This document shows positions 50,900-63,192 of a DNA stretch of 64,000 nucleotides, piece after piece. Numbering within the stretch: position 1 is the stretch's first letter; every line of letters starts with the position of its first letter. The stretch is taken from NCBI GenBank assembly GCA_028534125.1, contig CM052849.1, positions 2,108,001 to 2,172,000 of the forward strand. The letters run 5' to 3'. The notes below the pieces were generated by a model, which made no database searches, was not told the origin of the DNA, and saw only the letters and a list, made by a program, of their open reading frames with translations. The stretch is from Lama glama (taxonomy: Eukaryota). Position numbers and translations under genes: made by a program.

Positions 50900-51800
50900 T
50901 GTAAAATCAAGGGTAAACAGGAACAGCATTTCTGGAGAGTAATTTGATGACAAATATCAAGGGTCTTATAACCATCCAGATCTCTGATTTGGTAACTCTA
51001 CTGACCAACACTCACTTTCAAGGAGGAAGCAGAAATGCGAATGGAAATGGATGTAAAAAGAGGAGATGCTCACAAAATGCGATGAACGCCACTGAACTGT
51101 AACCTGAAACAAAATGTGGTCCAAACAAACAGTGGAATATTATTCAGCCGTAAAAGGGGGGACATTCTGACACATGCTATGACATGGATGAACGCTGAAG
51201 ACATTATGCTCCGTGAAATAAGATAGGAATACTGTGTAAGTCTACCTAAGCGAGGTACCCAGAGCAGTCAAATTTATAGAGACAGAAAGTAGGGATGGTG
51301 GCTGCCAGGGGCTGGGGGAGTTACTGCTGAAAGGGCACAGAGTTTCAGTTTCACAAGATGAAAGGAGTGCTGGAGATGGTGGTGATGGTTGCACAACAAT
51401 GTAAACATACCATCACAAAAAAACGCTTATTTATGGTAAGTCACATATATATGTATATGTAAAACCGTGATTTTTAAAAGTTAATAATGCAATGTACCAA
51501 CACCCATCAAACTGTACATTTTAAATGCAAATTGTATGGTATGTACATCATACCTCAGTGAAGCTTTCTTTTTTAAAAATAGATGCTCACTGAAACATTG
51601 TAATAACCAGCTACATTTAGTAAACATTAAATGTCCAACAAAATTCATCAAAATTAGATCAATTAAACCATAACTCCTCTATGCAGTAATAATGTAGCCT
51701 TTAAAAAACATTTACAAAATATTCAGTAAAACAGAAAAATGATCCCATTCATCGACAAAAGCAGGACACCCAAGTACGCAGTGAGATCTCAGCTACATAA
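50900..51800 (+). mobile_element. AT-rich L1M fragments (core L1MB-like at ~51105-51480)
   Basis: gtggaatattattcagccgtaaaagg...acatggatgaac...gatggtggtgatggttgcacaacaatgt. Confidence 0.7.
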
Positions 51801-52059
51801 AATATTCATAAATATGACTTTATATAAAGTCGGGAAGAAATGAAAATCCCCATTAACACTGAGCAGAAACCCGCCTCCCCAAAGCTTCTCATTGTTAATA
51901 ACAGACCAGCCTTCCAGCTGTAACCCTAAAGAAATCCACTCCCTCTTCCACATGACAACCATTCGAAACACACAGCTAGCACTCACGGATTCCCGCAGGT
52001 GGACAGTTCTCGAGCTGGCTGCTGAGAAAATCACCCAAGGAGATTTCCAGAAACCCAGC

Positions 52060-52320
52060 TGGCTCAGACGGCCTTGTGGGAGGTGCTTATGAAGACGGGT
52101 GGCCTCTGGGAGCTGGGAGCAACCGACAGGCAGCAAGAAATCAGGGACCTCAGTCCTACAACCACCAGGAACTGACTCTGCCAACAACCTGTGCTTGGGA
52201 GGGGATGTGGAGCCCCAGATGGGAAGGCAGCCCCGGCTGACACTTTGACTGCAGCCATGGGAGACCCTGAGTAGAAGACCTAACTAAGCCATGCCAGAAC
52301 TGCTGACCCATGGAAACTAC
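52060..52320 (+). mobile_element. MaLR LTR fragment (MLT1E-like)
   Basis: gggacctcagtcctacaaccaccaggaactgactctgccaacaacct...gctgacactttgactgcagcc. Confidence 0.65.
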
Positions 52321-54189
52321 TATTACTAGGCAAAAATAAGAAGAATCTCACTAATCAGACTCTCCAGGAGCGACCAGCTGTGGGGATGTGTGTGACTTTT
52401 CTAACACAGCGGAGGTGGTCCACGTGGGCAGGCAGGACAGAGATGCTGCCTTCAATCTCCACCAGGCCAAATGCCTCCAGTTCCCGTCACCCCCCTGCTG
52501 AGCCTCTGGGCTTAGCGGCACCATGCAGAGTAAAGCCATGGCCTCGCAGGGCCCGGACATGTCCATGGATACCAGGCAGGACCCAGATCTTTCCCAAGTG
52601 ACCCAAAGCCCGGCCCAGCCCAGCCTTTAAAGCCCCCTCGAAGCAGCTCCACAAGGGAACAGTCAAGGGCAGTACGTGGGTCCTGACCCGCTGCTCCTGC
52701 CGGGTCTACACACCCTGGAGCCCATGGGGGGCCAGCATGGTGTCAGCACACACCCCGAGGACAGAGGGAGCTTCCCACGAGCAAGCCCCACCTCGGCCTC
52801 TGATGTCCAAGGTCTTATTTACAGACATGCCCCGTCGTGCATGACTCAGAGCCTAATAAACACACAGTGACCCTCCTCCCTTAGGAACAGGTCTGATTAA
52901 TGCACATACTTGAGGGAGCCCAGCGCTTTGGGGCCAGAGAGAAAGAGGCACCCACACTCTGTTCTCCTCCCAGACGTAGCCCCTGCACTCACAGGGTGGC
53001 CGGCAGGGCTCTCTGGTTCTGACACTCTGGAACCCTGCCTGTCACACCCCAGCAGCTGACCATGGTGGTTTCGCACCTGCCGCCTGCAGAATCAGTGTCC
53101 AGCCCAGCGGACACTCCTGAGTGGTCAGAACAAAGTGTCTCTTCTGGGTAGCCAGCAGGCCGGTCTCAGCCCTGAGCCTTCCTGGCTTCCCTGCCAAGGC
53201 TTCCGGACCCCGGGACCGCAGACCCAGTGAGGATTAAGAGCCAGCATAGGCCCCACAGGGTGGGGAAGCTGGGAAGTGACAAGGAGTGCCAGGACCAGAT
53301 CTCCACCACTGCCCCTCCCCCGCTGCCCCCTTCCCGGAGTCTCCCCACCTTCCACAGAGAAGAGTCTGCTACAATGATTCACACCATCTGGTCGCTGACA
53401 AAATACCACAGGAGGGGAACCCAGACTTATGTTCATCTTCACAACCTGGATTTTGTAGGGCCAGATTCAGGCAGCGCTGCCCCGCCGCTCTGGGGGACAA
53501 GGGTGGCCCATTCGGCTGCTCCGTGATGCTGTCCCCTAGGGCCTCCTCGCGGGCGTGGCGGTCTCCGATCCAGATCGCCCCGCAGGGCCCCAAAGCGGAC
53601 ATGTTCACCCACGTTCCCAAGGGAGAAAGTGGAAAGCTTTCACCCGCGAGTGAGTTCCCCTTTTCAGTCTAAGGTCTAAGATTTGAGTGAAAACAGATTT
53701 TGCACACACACATGTCCAGAGGGCGAACCCGCCGAGCTGAGTGTCTCCTGAGAGAATTCGCAGGTCAGGTCACCAAGGCTTCCGGGCAATCGGATGACAG
53801 CTCTGAACCCAGCACGGGGACCCCTAAGCCTCGCAGAGAACAGGAGAGGTGGGCACAGGCAAGGCTGGCCTAGCCTGTGTGTCCCCCCGCCGTCGCGGCA
53901 CAGCCGCTCCAGGACATCAGGGAGTGCCAGGGATGAAGATCGCCCTATCTACTAACCTCAAGCCTGCAGGACACCCCCAGTCCCCCACCTAAAGCCTCGG
54001 ACGGTCAGCTGTGAGGGTTCCTGCTGCTCCCCCTGTGGGGGAAGCCACTGTGCAAAACGCAGCATGCTCCCCAAGCACCATCCGCCCCCCCATGCACCAA
54101 GCAGAGGACTTGGTGGCTCAGCCTCTCCGGGTCCTGCTGTCCGGCCACCATCCAGGGCCGGCAACGAGAGGCCTGAGGGAGAATCGGTG

Positions 54190-54450
54190 AAGTCACTGTG
54201 CTCAGTGACACAAGCCGGACGCAAAAGAACAAGTGCCGTGAGTCCACTCCTGCGAGGCCCCCGGAGCAGACGCACAGGGACAGCAAGGACAGTGGTCCTG
54301 CTAGGGGCTGGGGGAGGGGGGGGTTACTGCCTAACAGGGCCAGGCTTTCAGTGGGGAAACAGCAAGGTTCTGGAGATGGATGGAGGTGATGGTTGCACAG
54401 CAAAGTGAATGCACTTAATGCCACTGAGCTGGACGCTTCAAATGGTGAAG
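54190..54450 (+). mobile_element. L1MB-like 3' fragment
   Basis: ttctggagatggatggaggtgatggttgcacagcaaagtgaatgcacttaatgccactga. Confidence 0.7.
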
Positions 54451-57177
54451 ACACATTGGGCCCAGCTGTCCACCGTCCCCCCGACATGACCTGGGGCAGC
54501 ACCCTCTGCTCTGCAGAGCCCTGGCAACCTGCTCGGGAGCCTAGGGATGCCGAAGCCTGAGCGAGCCCCACAGCTTCCCACCTTCTCCTCTGTTTCCTAT
54601 TGGAGTAAGAAGGTCTGAGGTTCTCACCTCCTCTCTCAGGGCCCCACAAACCACTGAAAACAAGAACCAAGTGGTTCTAAGCTTTTCCTCTGCAATCAGC
54701 AGGGGGGGGGGCTCTATGCGAACAATCGAGCTCCCTGCAGCTCCCAGCTTCCCAGGCCCCCAAAACTCACAAGGCCAAGTGGCCCAGGAGCCCTGCAAGG
54801 TGACCCCCCTCCACACCACAGGGGTGGGCGCGGCCCTGGCCCCAGGTACCCCGGGCTAAGCGAAGAGCCCACCAGGCGAAGCAGCGGGCTTTCCTTTGGG
54901 GCCACGATGCAGAAAAACACATACACACTGTACCTTCAAGACGAACGAACCCCACTCAGCCCAGGACACACTGCGAGAGGGAACGGAGTGGGATGAAGTC
55001 CACCTCAGACCCCTGGGTCCCCCCTCCGGAGCTCATTCTGAGCACTCTCGCCGAGCCCAGTGGGTGAAAGGGCCTGCACCCGCTAAACTATGCATCTGCC
55101 CTTTACAATCGCTCGCTAAGTGCTTGTTCAATCATGGATGTCAGATGCCCAGGGGAGGCAGGTACTCTTTGAGACGAGAGAGAGGGCCCGACCCCAGCGG
55201 CCACCGTTCTGGGCACTCACGCCCCCACAAAGCCCCCAAGGAGGGGGCATCCTCTCCAGCCAACAGAATCCAGTCCCTGCAGAAGGCCACACACCAGATC
55301 ACGGGCATATCAGGTCTACCTTCAAGGTCTGCGATCTTTCCCCAGGCTAGAGGACACATGTTCCAGAAAGTTGACCTTGCTCCATGCAAGGCTGTGTGCA
55401 CATGTGTCACGTGCAGAAAACCGCTTTCTGCTCTCCAGACCAACTGACCCCAGCAGCATTTTTTAAAGGGAGCAGGTCAGGCCCATAAAATGGAGTGAAT
55501 CTTCAAAGGCTCTTTTTATGCCAACAGAGGCGCATGCGTGCGTGGAGGATCCCCTGGGGCTGTGCATACCTGGTCTGCCAGCCTGGCTCCTGTGGTGGCG
55601 GGGGGCAGCGGGGCTCTCCCTCTCCCTCCTGCATGCTGTCGATGGCTCCTTCCTAGGGCTCCCTGGGCCACATGCTGACCCCTCTGTGCATGAGGGCACC
55701 TCTGTCATCTCTTTCCAGCCAGCCCTGCCCCCTGCACCCTCTAGGACTGCCTGCAGCAGAGCCGGTCAGCATCCCACCCTCCACCCCCCAATATCTGACT
55801 GCTGAATGGAAAAGGCGATGAACAGGCAGTGTCCTTCCAACACGTCTGTCCTCTTGGGCCCTCTCCACCGACTTGCTGGAGGAATCTAAGCAAAGCGCCC
55901 CCGGAGGACGTATGCAGATCAGGAGATTTTTTTTGTTTGCCGAATGACTGATCAGGTCCCCTCCACCCCTGGGGGGTCACTCTGGGCCCACTCTCGTGCA
56001 TCACCCCCCAGCCTAGGAGAGAGGCCAGCGCCAGTCCTGCTGCCAACCGCCTGACCTCGGGCAAGGGAGTGCGTCTCACACCCCTCAGTCCCACTCCGCC
56101 AACAGTGCACAATTATGGTCATAATCTCACTCCAGCTACTTTATGAGAACACTCCATGGGCACATGACACAGCCTGCGCCAAAGTCGTGTTTACTCCCCA
56201 AGTCGGGCATCGCAGTCCCTCCCCCGACCCGGCCCCCAGACCTGGGCAGGCACATCTCCCGGGGGCACCCACCATCGCGCCATCCACAGTCGTTTTGCAA
56301 GGTAGCAGCAGTGAGGCCAGAATCTAAGATGCTGATTCTCAGGCCCAGGCTGGGGATCCGGGAAACTCTCAGGGTTGAGCAGGGGGAGCCCAAGTCTCAG
56401 CAAAGAAGGACAAATTACCTCCAGACCACCTCAAAGCCAACAATCTCCCTCGCTGGACACCTGTATCATTAGGCCCCTGAAAATCTGAGGCCACTTAGAT
56501 GCCAGTAAGCGCGGAGGGGCCGGAACAAAGGGAAACCTCAGAGAGGTGGTCTCACTCCACCTGTCACCCACAAACACCCCTGACACGCCAGACACAGACA
56601 CCCAGGTAGGTCCTTAAGGGTCTCACCAACCTGCAGAGGAAAGCAGACAGACACAAGATTAACAGGAAATGGCTGCACACACAGTTAAAGAAAGATACAC
56701 AGTCAGGGAGGATGTGAGGACGTTACAAAGGTTCCGCTCGTCTGCGCTAGTTTTTCAGACAAGGCCCTTGGAGAGAAGCCTTTCCACAATCCTGTGAAGA
56801 AAGGCAAGAGAGACCTTCCAGAGACAGTGGCTGGCACTCAGCAGACGCTCAATAAACACCGCTGCGTGAGAGGGGAGAGGGGGCTGCCATGGTAAAGGAG
56901 ACGCAGGTATGAACCAGGAAACAGGAGAAAGACATGGGGAAAGTTAATAAACTTTTAAGATAAGAATTTAAGAATGGAAGGAAAGGATCTTAGCAACAAC
57001 AGGGTCCAACCTGTAGCTTTTCAGGTGAGGAGAGAGACGCGGCCTCTCCTTCTCCCGGCTGGGTCCTCTTGGCCCCACCAGGCTGCTTGACACCACCCAC
57101 CTCACTCGAATTCCTCCTAAAACCCGCCAGCACACACACTGTCTCTCTCTGCTGCCCAATCAGGGACTCACTGAGGG

Positions 57178-57495
57178 CTGTGGGCTGACCTGTGTCCCCC
57201 TCGAAATTCACATGTCGAGGTCTTAGCCTCCAGCACCTCAGAACAGGACTGTGTGGAGGTGAGGGTTTAAAGAGTTAAGTTAAAACAGGGTCATCAGAGT
57301 GGGCCCTAAACCAATCTGAACTGTGTCTTTATAAGAGATCTTAGGCACACACATGTCACCAGGGGTCCACCTGCACAGAGGAATGACCAGGTGAAGGGGC
57401 AGCGGGGTGGGGAGGGGGGGATCTACACGCCAAGGATAGAGGCCTCTGGGGAAACCAACCCTGCTGGCACCTCGATCTTGGACTTCCAGCCTGAG
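57178..57495 (+). mobile_element. MaLR LTR (MLT1-like), 3' truncated
   Basis: tgtgtccccctcgaaattcacatgt...gaaaccaaccctgctggcacctcgatcttggacttccagcct. Confidence 0.75.
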
Positions 57496-57619
57496 CACAC
57501 TAATACACTGGGTCGCTTCACATATGTGGGCGTGACAGTCAAGGAAACACCCCCATCGCTCACAGGTGTTTTCCTAAAAAGAAACGCCTATTAAGGACCA
57601 GAGATGCGGCGCTGAGGAT

Positions 57620-57960
57620 GAGAATGCTGCCCCTGGCAACGGCAGCTTCAAAACCCTCCGTGAGTGAGATCAGCCAGACACACAGGACAGCTAGTACCTG
57701 CTTCCAGGTACCTGGGGTACGTAGGACAAGTAAATTCATGGGGTCGGAACGCAGAACCAGTTGCCGGGGGCTGGGGGCAAGGGCAGGTGCATTATCGCGT
57801 AATAGATACAGAGTTTCTCATCAGAAAGATGCAAAGTTCTGGAGATAGTGATGGTTGCACAACAACATGACTGCACTGAATGCCACTGAGCTGGACGCTG
57901 AAAAATGGTAAAAATGCCGCCTTTGGTTACATGTATTTTACCACGATAAAGAAAATCCTA
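57620..57960 (+). mobile_element. L1MB-like 3' fragment
   Basis: agttctggagatagtgatggttgcacaacaac...aatgccactga...tgtattttaccacgataaa. Confidence 0.7.
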
Positions 57961-60900
57961 CCATACATACATAAACAACACATTTTAATTAAATAAAATG
58001 ACTACATTTCTTCAAGAGGAAGGAAAAAATTCAACAGAAGCCACTGGGGTTGTAATTCCAGTCGGGGTCAAGACCCCCCTGGGGTTCACAGTTAATTAAA
58101 TCCTTCACCCGCCCACTCCCACCCCCGAGCCCTGATCTAAGAGGCCTCAGTCAAAACTCAGGCCTATTGTTGGCAACTCGAGACACTGGAAGACGTCTCT
58201 CCCTCCACCATGAACGTGAGCCCCCCAAAGACGCAGGGTGGGCTGCAGCCCAGGTTCACGCCCCGCAGCGTCCTCTCCCAGGTGGCCCGGGTGCCTGGTT
58301 CACCTGGATTCTGTCCTGCCAAGGGTGACTCTCTGGGCCCAGGACTCCCGGCCAGGGAGGGCAGGCGGCCACTGAAGCCAGAAGCATCAAATGAGGCAAC
58401 AGGGAGGAATGGGGGGCCACGGTCCCTTGGACCCCACAAATCACCACTCCCAGCTCCTTCTTTCGGGATAGTTCCAAAATGCCTCCTTCTGTTCCCAAAA
58501 CAAGAAAGTCATTCTTCCTGAGCTGGAGAACCCCTTTAAAATTTACTATAGGTTCTGCTTCCACTCCATTGGTGACTTAAGTGGTCTCAGACCCCACCCA
58601 GTTCTGTCCCCTCTGCCTCTGTCCACAGGGAGGAGCCTGCATTCAACTTGGAGGTGACCACAGGCGCTGGGCCAGAGACGCCGGTGGGGCCCACACCAGG
58701 CCTGGGTGACATCTGACTGCCCCGCAGTTACTCACTCACACTGGCTGCCCCAGGGAAGAACAAAGCCGTGGTCATTCTGACGCTAACACGTCACCAGGAT
58801 CCAAAGGGCAAATGAAGCTGCTTAACAGAAATGTGGAAAAACAGGGCAGCAACTCACAGGAGCGCCCGAAAGAAACAAAAGGCCTGGGGTCCCAGCTCAA
58901 GAGGGACGCAGGGCGGGGGTGCCTGAGACCCAAAAGAGGAAAGACCCTTGGCTGTGTGGCCGTATTCAGGAAAGGGTCACCAAAGTCCTTGAAGGGAGTT
59001 TAAGGGACAGGGACGGGCGCAGCTAAGATGACAGTGTGAACATACTTGATGCCACTGACCTATACACTCAAAAATGTCTAAAGTGGGTTAATCCGGTAAA
59101 TTTTGTCATACGTAATGCACCACGATAAAAAAAAAAAAAAGTACAGTCTAGAGTGACAAGCCTTTGCTCCCACTGCTCCTCCAAGCAGACGGCTCCCCTC
59201 ACCAGAAGGTCCCTCTCCAGTGCAGCTGCTTCCAGAAGCTTCCCTGATCGCGCTCCCTCTGAACACATAAGTGACGTGTGCATTCCTGTCTCCCTGTAAT
59301 TTGTAAGCTCCCAGATGACAGGGACCAGACTCTCTCCTCTGCAGCCCACGGGGCACAAGGGAAGAGCCTGCCCGCAGCAAGGTTCACAGCGTGGGGACCT
59401 GGGTGTGCGGAGCTGGAAGGCCCCCTGGACTGACCCGAGGGGCCCTGGCACACAGTGGCAGGTGGTCATTTCAGCTTCTTCTCTCAACTCAGAAACACCA
59501 GAGCCCGCTCATCCAAAGGGACCCTGAAGCTGTTAGGTCCAGGCCACGGACCAGCTGCTGCTGCTACAGAGTCTTAGAGTGACTTCCACTCCCTCCCACA
59601 CTGTGATTTCCATCACTGGCCCTTTTCAGAGGTGCAGCCCTGCCGAGCAGTCCCCAGGCCCGAGAACGTGGGTAAACAGCCAGGACAGAGACAGATGGCC
59701 GGGCCAGAGCGGGATCCCCCTATCCTTTCCAGCACAACCCTCAGAGGAGGGTGCTGGCAACTGAGCTGAAAGGCTCCCAGAGCTAAACCCAGCAGGAGTT
59801 TTAAAACGTAACAGGAGAGACAACGTGGAACCTGGAAGGACAGTTCAGGGAAGGATCCAGAAAGTGCTGAGAGTGGGGTCCAAGTTGGAAAGTTAACTTC
59901 TCAGCCGAGAACCTGCTCTGTGTCACCCACAGAGCCGGGGTCTCCGGTCTGCAGGAGCTGTGAGCTCAGGGAAGGGCCTGCTGATACACACCCCAGCCGG
60001 CAGGGGCCCACCTTCTGGAAACTCAGAATCCTCCACCAGCTAGAGAACATCGTTTCAGAAGACAGGTCTCCATGAAAACCTCTTATTTTCTCCTTTATTA
60101 ATTACATCCTCCTGCACCACAGCGCTGAGGGCCAGTTCAAGCTGGCTCGCTCAGCTGACAGCTGGCCAGCCGAGGCTGGTGCCAAGTGACCACAGGGCAA
60201 TCCTCCAGACCCCGGAGGAGCTGATGGGCCTACAAAGCAGGCTTCTAAACATTACAGCCTTCCACCCGCTCCGAGAGACGGAGGGGATGAGGCTGCGCCA
60301 GGCCGCAGGTCCCAGCAACACCAACACAGCCACCCAGTTGCAGATGGAGGGCCGGCCACTGGATGGGCCTAAAACAAACAGGACAGAGCGCTGATTGCAA
60401 AGAGACCGCTGGACAGAGCCAAAAATAGCCTCACTTGCTTCAAGAGGATTCTTGATGGAGGAGGCACATACAAATCCATCAGCAGAAAAAGAAAAATCAA
60501 TGGAGCAGAAAACCGGATCAGCCCAACAGGGACTAGGACGAGAGCCCCGACTGCCTCACATCCCACCCCCACCCAGGCCCCCCTCCCCACCCCCATCACA
60601 AACTGTGCCTGGATCGCAACACCCGGTCCCATCAGCCCAACATCTCAAGGCGTTTGTACACAGAAGTTATATACACAATAAAATTCCATAGGTTTAATCT
60701 GAGGGCCGGGAGTCAGACCACAGAGTAGGAGCCCCAAATAAGCACCAGTGGGCAGGCAACCTTGGGGAGACAGGAGGAAGAGTGTGCCGAAGGATCAGAA
60801 AATGGAGGTGGGGTAAGAGGCACAGAGGTGAGTAATGATGGGTGACGTCTCCCACCAGTGCCAGGCAGATCAGAACGGGTGTGGCTCCGCTCTGGCCCCA

Positions 60901-61547
60901 GATAAAATCTTCAACCCCGGCGATCTTTTGTGGCCCACTGAGTCAGACCTGCCTGTCACCTATCTTCCTTCTAATTCGCATTTTCACCTGCTCTGACTTG
61001 CACTGGGGCTGCTAGCTCACCAGTGAACCTGACACTCTTAAGGCCTGGGAGCAGCTGGCACATCTTGGATTCACCAAAAGTGTCACATAACTCTTCTAGG
61101 TCAAGTGATGGGGAATGCCCAAGACACAGATCAATCCCAGCTGAAAACATCCACCTAGGTGGCAGAGCTGACCCCTTCTTTATACCATCCCAACTGCCCG
61201 GGGTGGAAGTATCAGTGGGCAAGATGACGACTGCCCAGGGCATCCTGGTCCTGACCCACAGAGAGGACTCTCACAAGAAGCACATGGCTCTGGAACCAAA
61301 GAAATGAGCTGCTTACCATCCCCACACATCACCCCTCCCAACCCATCTCATTCCAAGCACTGGGAATTTGCATTCAGGAGGAAAGCAGGATGGAGTTTGT
61401 TCAGGCACAGGGGCAGCATGAATCAGTTCACAACAGTATCTGAAAATCACTCCCCAAAGTGTCCACTTATTCCTCCCTGTAGTCCCTCCTGCTCAGTGGT
61501 TTCCAGCCAGGGGCAGGTGTGCCTACCAAGGGGGTGGAGGTACCCAC

Positions 61548-62853
61548 CTGCGTCTCCATGGAAGGTGCCATCCTGAGGCACCCTGCTCGACAAACTGTCC
61601 CCATCGTTGGGCCAGATCTGCCCAGTCTTGCGGACGCCCACGATGGTGGCCTCGGACACGACCACCTGGCCCTGCCGGTGCCGCTTCTGGCACTGCGGCG
61701 TCGGGGGGCTGCTGCTGTCAAAGGACTGCTGGGAGTTCTGCGAGGGCGAGCGGCTCTTGTCTCGGAATATGCGGTAGGTGGTGGGGCTCGGGGACACGCG
61801 GCTGGACTGGCCCGAGGAGAAGTCCTCCTCGCTGGAGGTGAGGTTCTCGTTGGAGCTGCAGTCTGGCGTGTAGCCGCCTCCGCTGTCCTCAAAGCTCCGA
61901 GGGGAGTAGGACCTGCGGGGCCAGGTAAGGCGCTTCTCCTGCTCCGAAGTGCTCTGGCTGCGCTGGAGTGGGCCCTTGCCCTCCCCTTCCACCATCATGC
62001 CCCCGACGTAGATGCTCTGGTAGGGCTGGTACTCCAGGGGCGGCCAGGGAGGCCTGCCGCCGCCGTCGGCGTTGATCAGGTTGTCCTTCAGGAAGCGCGG
62101 GTTCAGCTCGGCGTCCTCATAGTCGCCGTCGAGGCCGCAGCTGCTCTCGGAGGCGCGCCCGCGGTAGGGGGGCCTGGGCGCATCCCCCGGGCCGGGCCCG
62201 GCGCCCTGCTGGGACCTCTTGCGCTCCATCTGCATGGCCTGGGTTCCCAGGGAGCTGATGCGGTCCGAGACGTCTTTGTCGTTGACCTTCACCAGGCCGC
62301 GCTCGTGGTGGAACTCGACGTTCACATAGAAGGGCTTCTCGGCGTCCGCCGCCGCTGGCTGGCCCGGGCCCTTGCGGATCCTCTCGAAGTTGGAGCGCAG
62401 GGCCGCCACGCTGGTGGGGGGCCCCCGGTCGTCGCGGTCCGCGGGAGCAGCGGTCCCGGGCCTGCGAGCGGCCGCGGGCCTGGCTTTACCCGGGGAACCC
62501 TCTCCATCTGGCCGGGACTCGGACTCGTCGGTGGGCGGAGGGTCGGCACCGTCGGCGGGCGCGGGCTGGGGGCGCGGAGCGCGGGGCTCTGGGGCGCCGT
62601 CGGGGGGCTGAGCGGCGCGCCGGAAGCCCCAGCGCTGCCGGTCGTAGCTCTTCTTCTCCTTGGCCAGCAGCGTCTGCAGGTAGATCATGCGGAAGCGCTC
62701 CTGGTTCACCTCCTGCTCCAGGCGCCGGATGGAGGCCTTGCAACGCTCTAGCTCCTGCTCGATGTCGCCCACCGAGCGCAGCTCCATGCGCGGCGGCTCC
62801 GAGTCCGGGAACTGCGCCTTCCACGCCTCGGCGAAGCCCACCGGGTCCACCAT
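61548..62853 (-). CDS. BCR: BCR coding exon 1 (435 codons + 1 nt): N-terminal oligomerisation coiled-coil, Grb2-binding YVNV motif, Ser-rich/atypical kinase region
   Basis: Translation MVDPVGFAEAWKAQFPDSEPPRMELRSVGDIEQELERCKASIRRLEQEVNQERFRMIYLQTLLAKEKK... is the BCR N-terminus. Strong Kozak (gccATGG). YVNV tyrosine codon at 62326-62328 (Y176, human Y177 equivalent). Ends FHGDA-G at donor GCAG|gtgggt (phase 1). Confidence 0.99.
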
Positions 62854-62901
62854 GGCGCGGCCGGCCTCACCTGCGCCGCCCGGCTGCGCGCGGGGCCCGG
62901 C

Positions 62902-62958
62902 TCAGCGGCGGCGCGACGGCCTCGCCAGGCCCGGCCCGGGGTGCCGGGCGGCCCCCAT
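62902..62958 (-). promoter_or_regulatory. Upstream ORF, 18 codons (MGAARHPGPGLARPSRRR*), in frame with but ending 48 nt before the main ATG
   Basis: gacATGG (purine at -3, G at +4); TGA at 62902-62904. Confidence 0.75.
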
Positions 62959-63183
62959 GTCCCCGGCGGGGCGGCGGCGGTGGCGGTGGCGGCGGCGGGC
63001 GAACAATGCCCGCCCCCTCCCGGGCGGCAGGTGAGGCTGCGGCCAGGCTCCCCGGGCGCGAGGCGGGGCGCGGGGCGGGCGCGCGCGAGGGCGGGGGAAG
63101 GGCGCGGGGCTGCGCGCGCCGCTATTGTGTGCGGGGCTCCCGGCGCGCGCGGGGCGAGCGCTGCCTCGGCTCTGCCGGGCCCA

Positions 63184-63192
63184 CTAGCCCAT
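63184..63192 (-). promoter_or_regulatory. Minimal upstream ORF ATG-GGC-TAG (Met-Gly-stop)
   Basis: gccATGG strong Kozak context. Relevant only if the TSS is upstream of 63192. Confidence 0.45.

Larger units (their letters stand above)
21068..61547 (-). other. BCR: BCR intron 1 (40,480 nt including one 146-N gap); orthologue of the human minor breakpoint (m-bcr, e1a2/p190) intron
   Basis: Bounded by the exon 1 donor and the exon 2 acceptor. The m-bcr identity is established knowledge for the human gene. Confidence 0.93.

Noticed and set aside
6713-60945. About ten AP-1 sites (TGASTCA) and 12-bp palindromes such as gctcacgtgagc at 8694-8705
   Set aside because: Counts are close to random expectation for 64 kb (about 8 and about 16 respectively).
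61447-61547. ORF-track extension of exon 1 (GYLHPLGRHTCPW...)
   Set aside because: Read-through into intron 1 past the GCAG|gtgggt donor; not BCR sequence.
61519-62751. 410-aa ORF on the plus strand antisense to BCR exon 1
   Set aside because: Shadow ORF caused by GC3-rich codon usage of the real exon; no recognisable domain.
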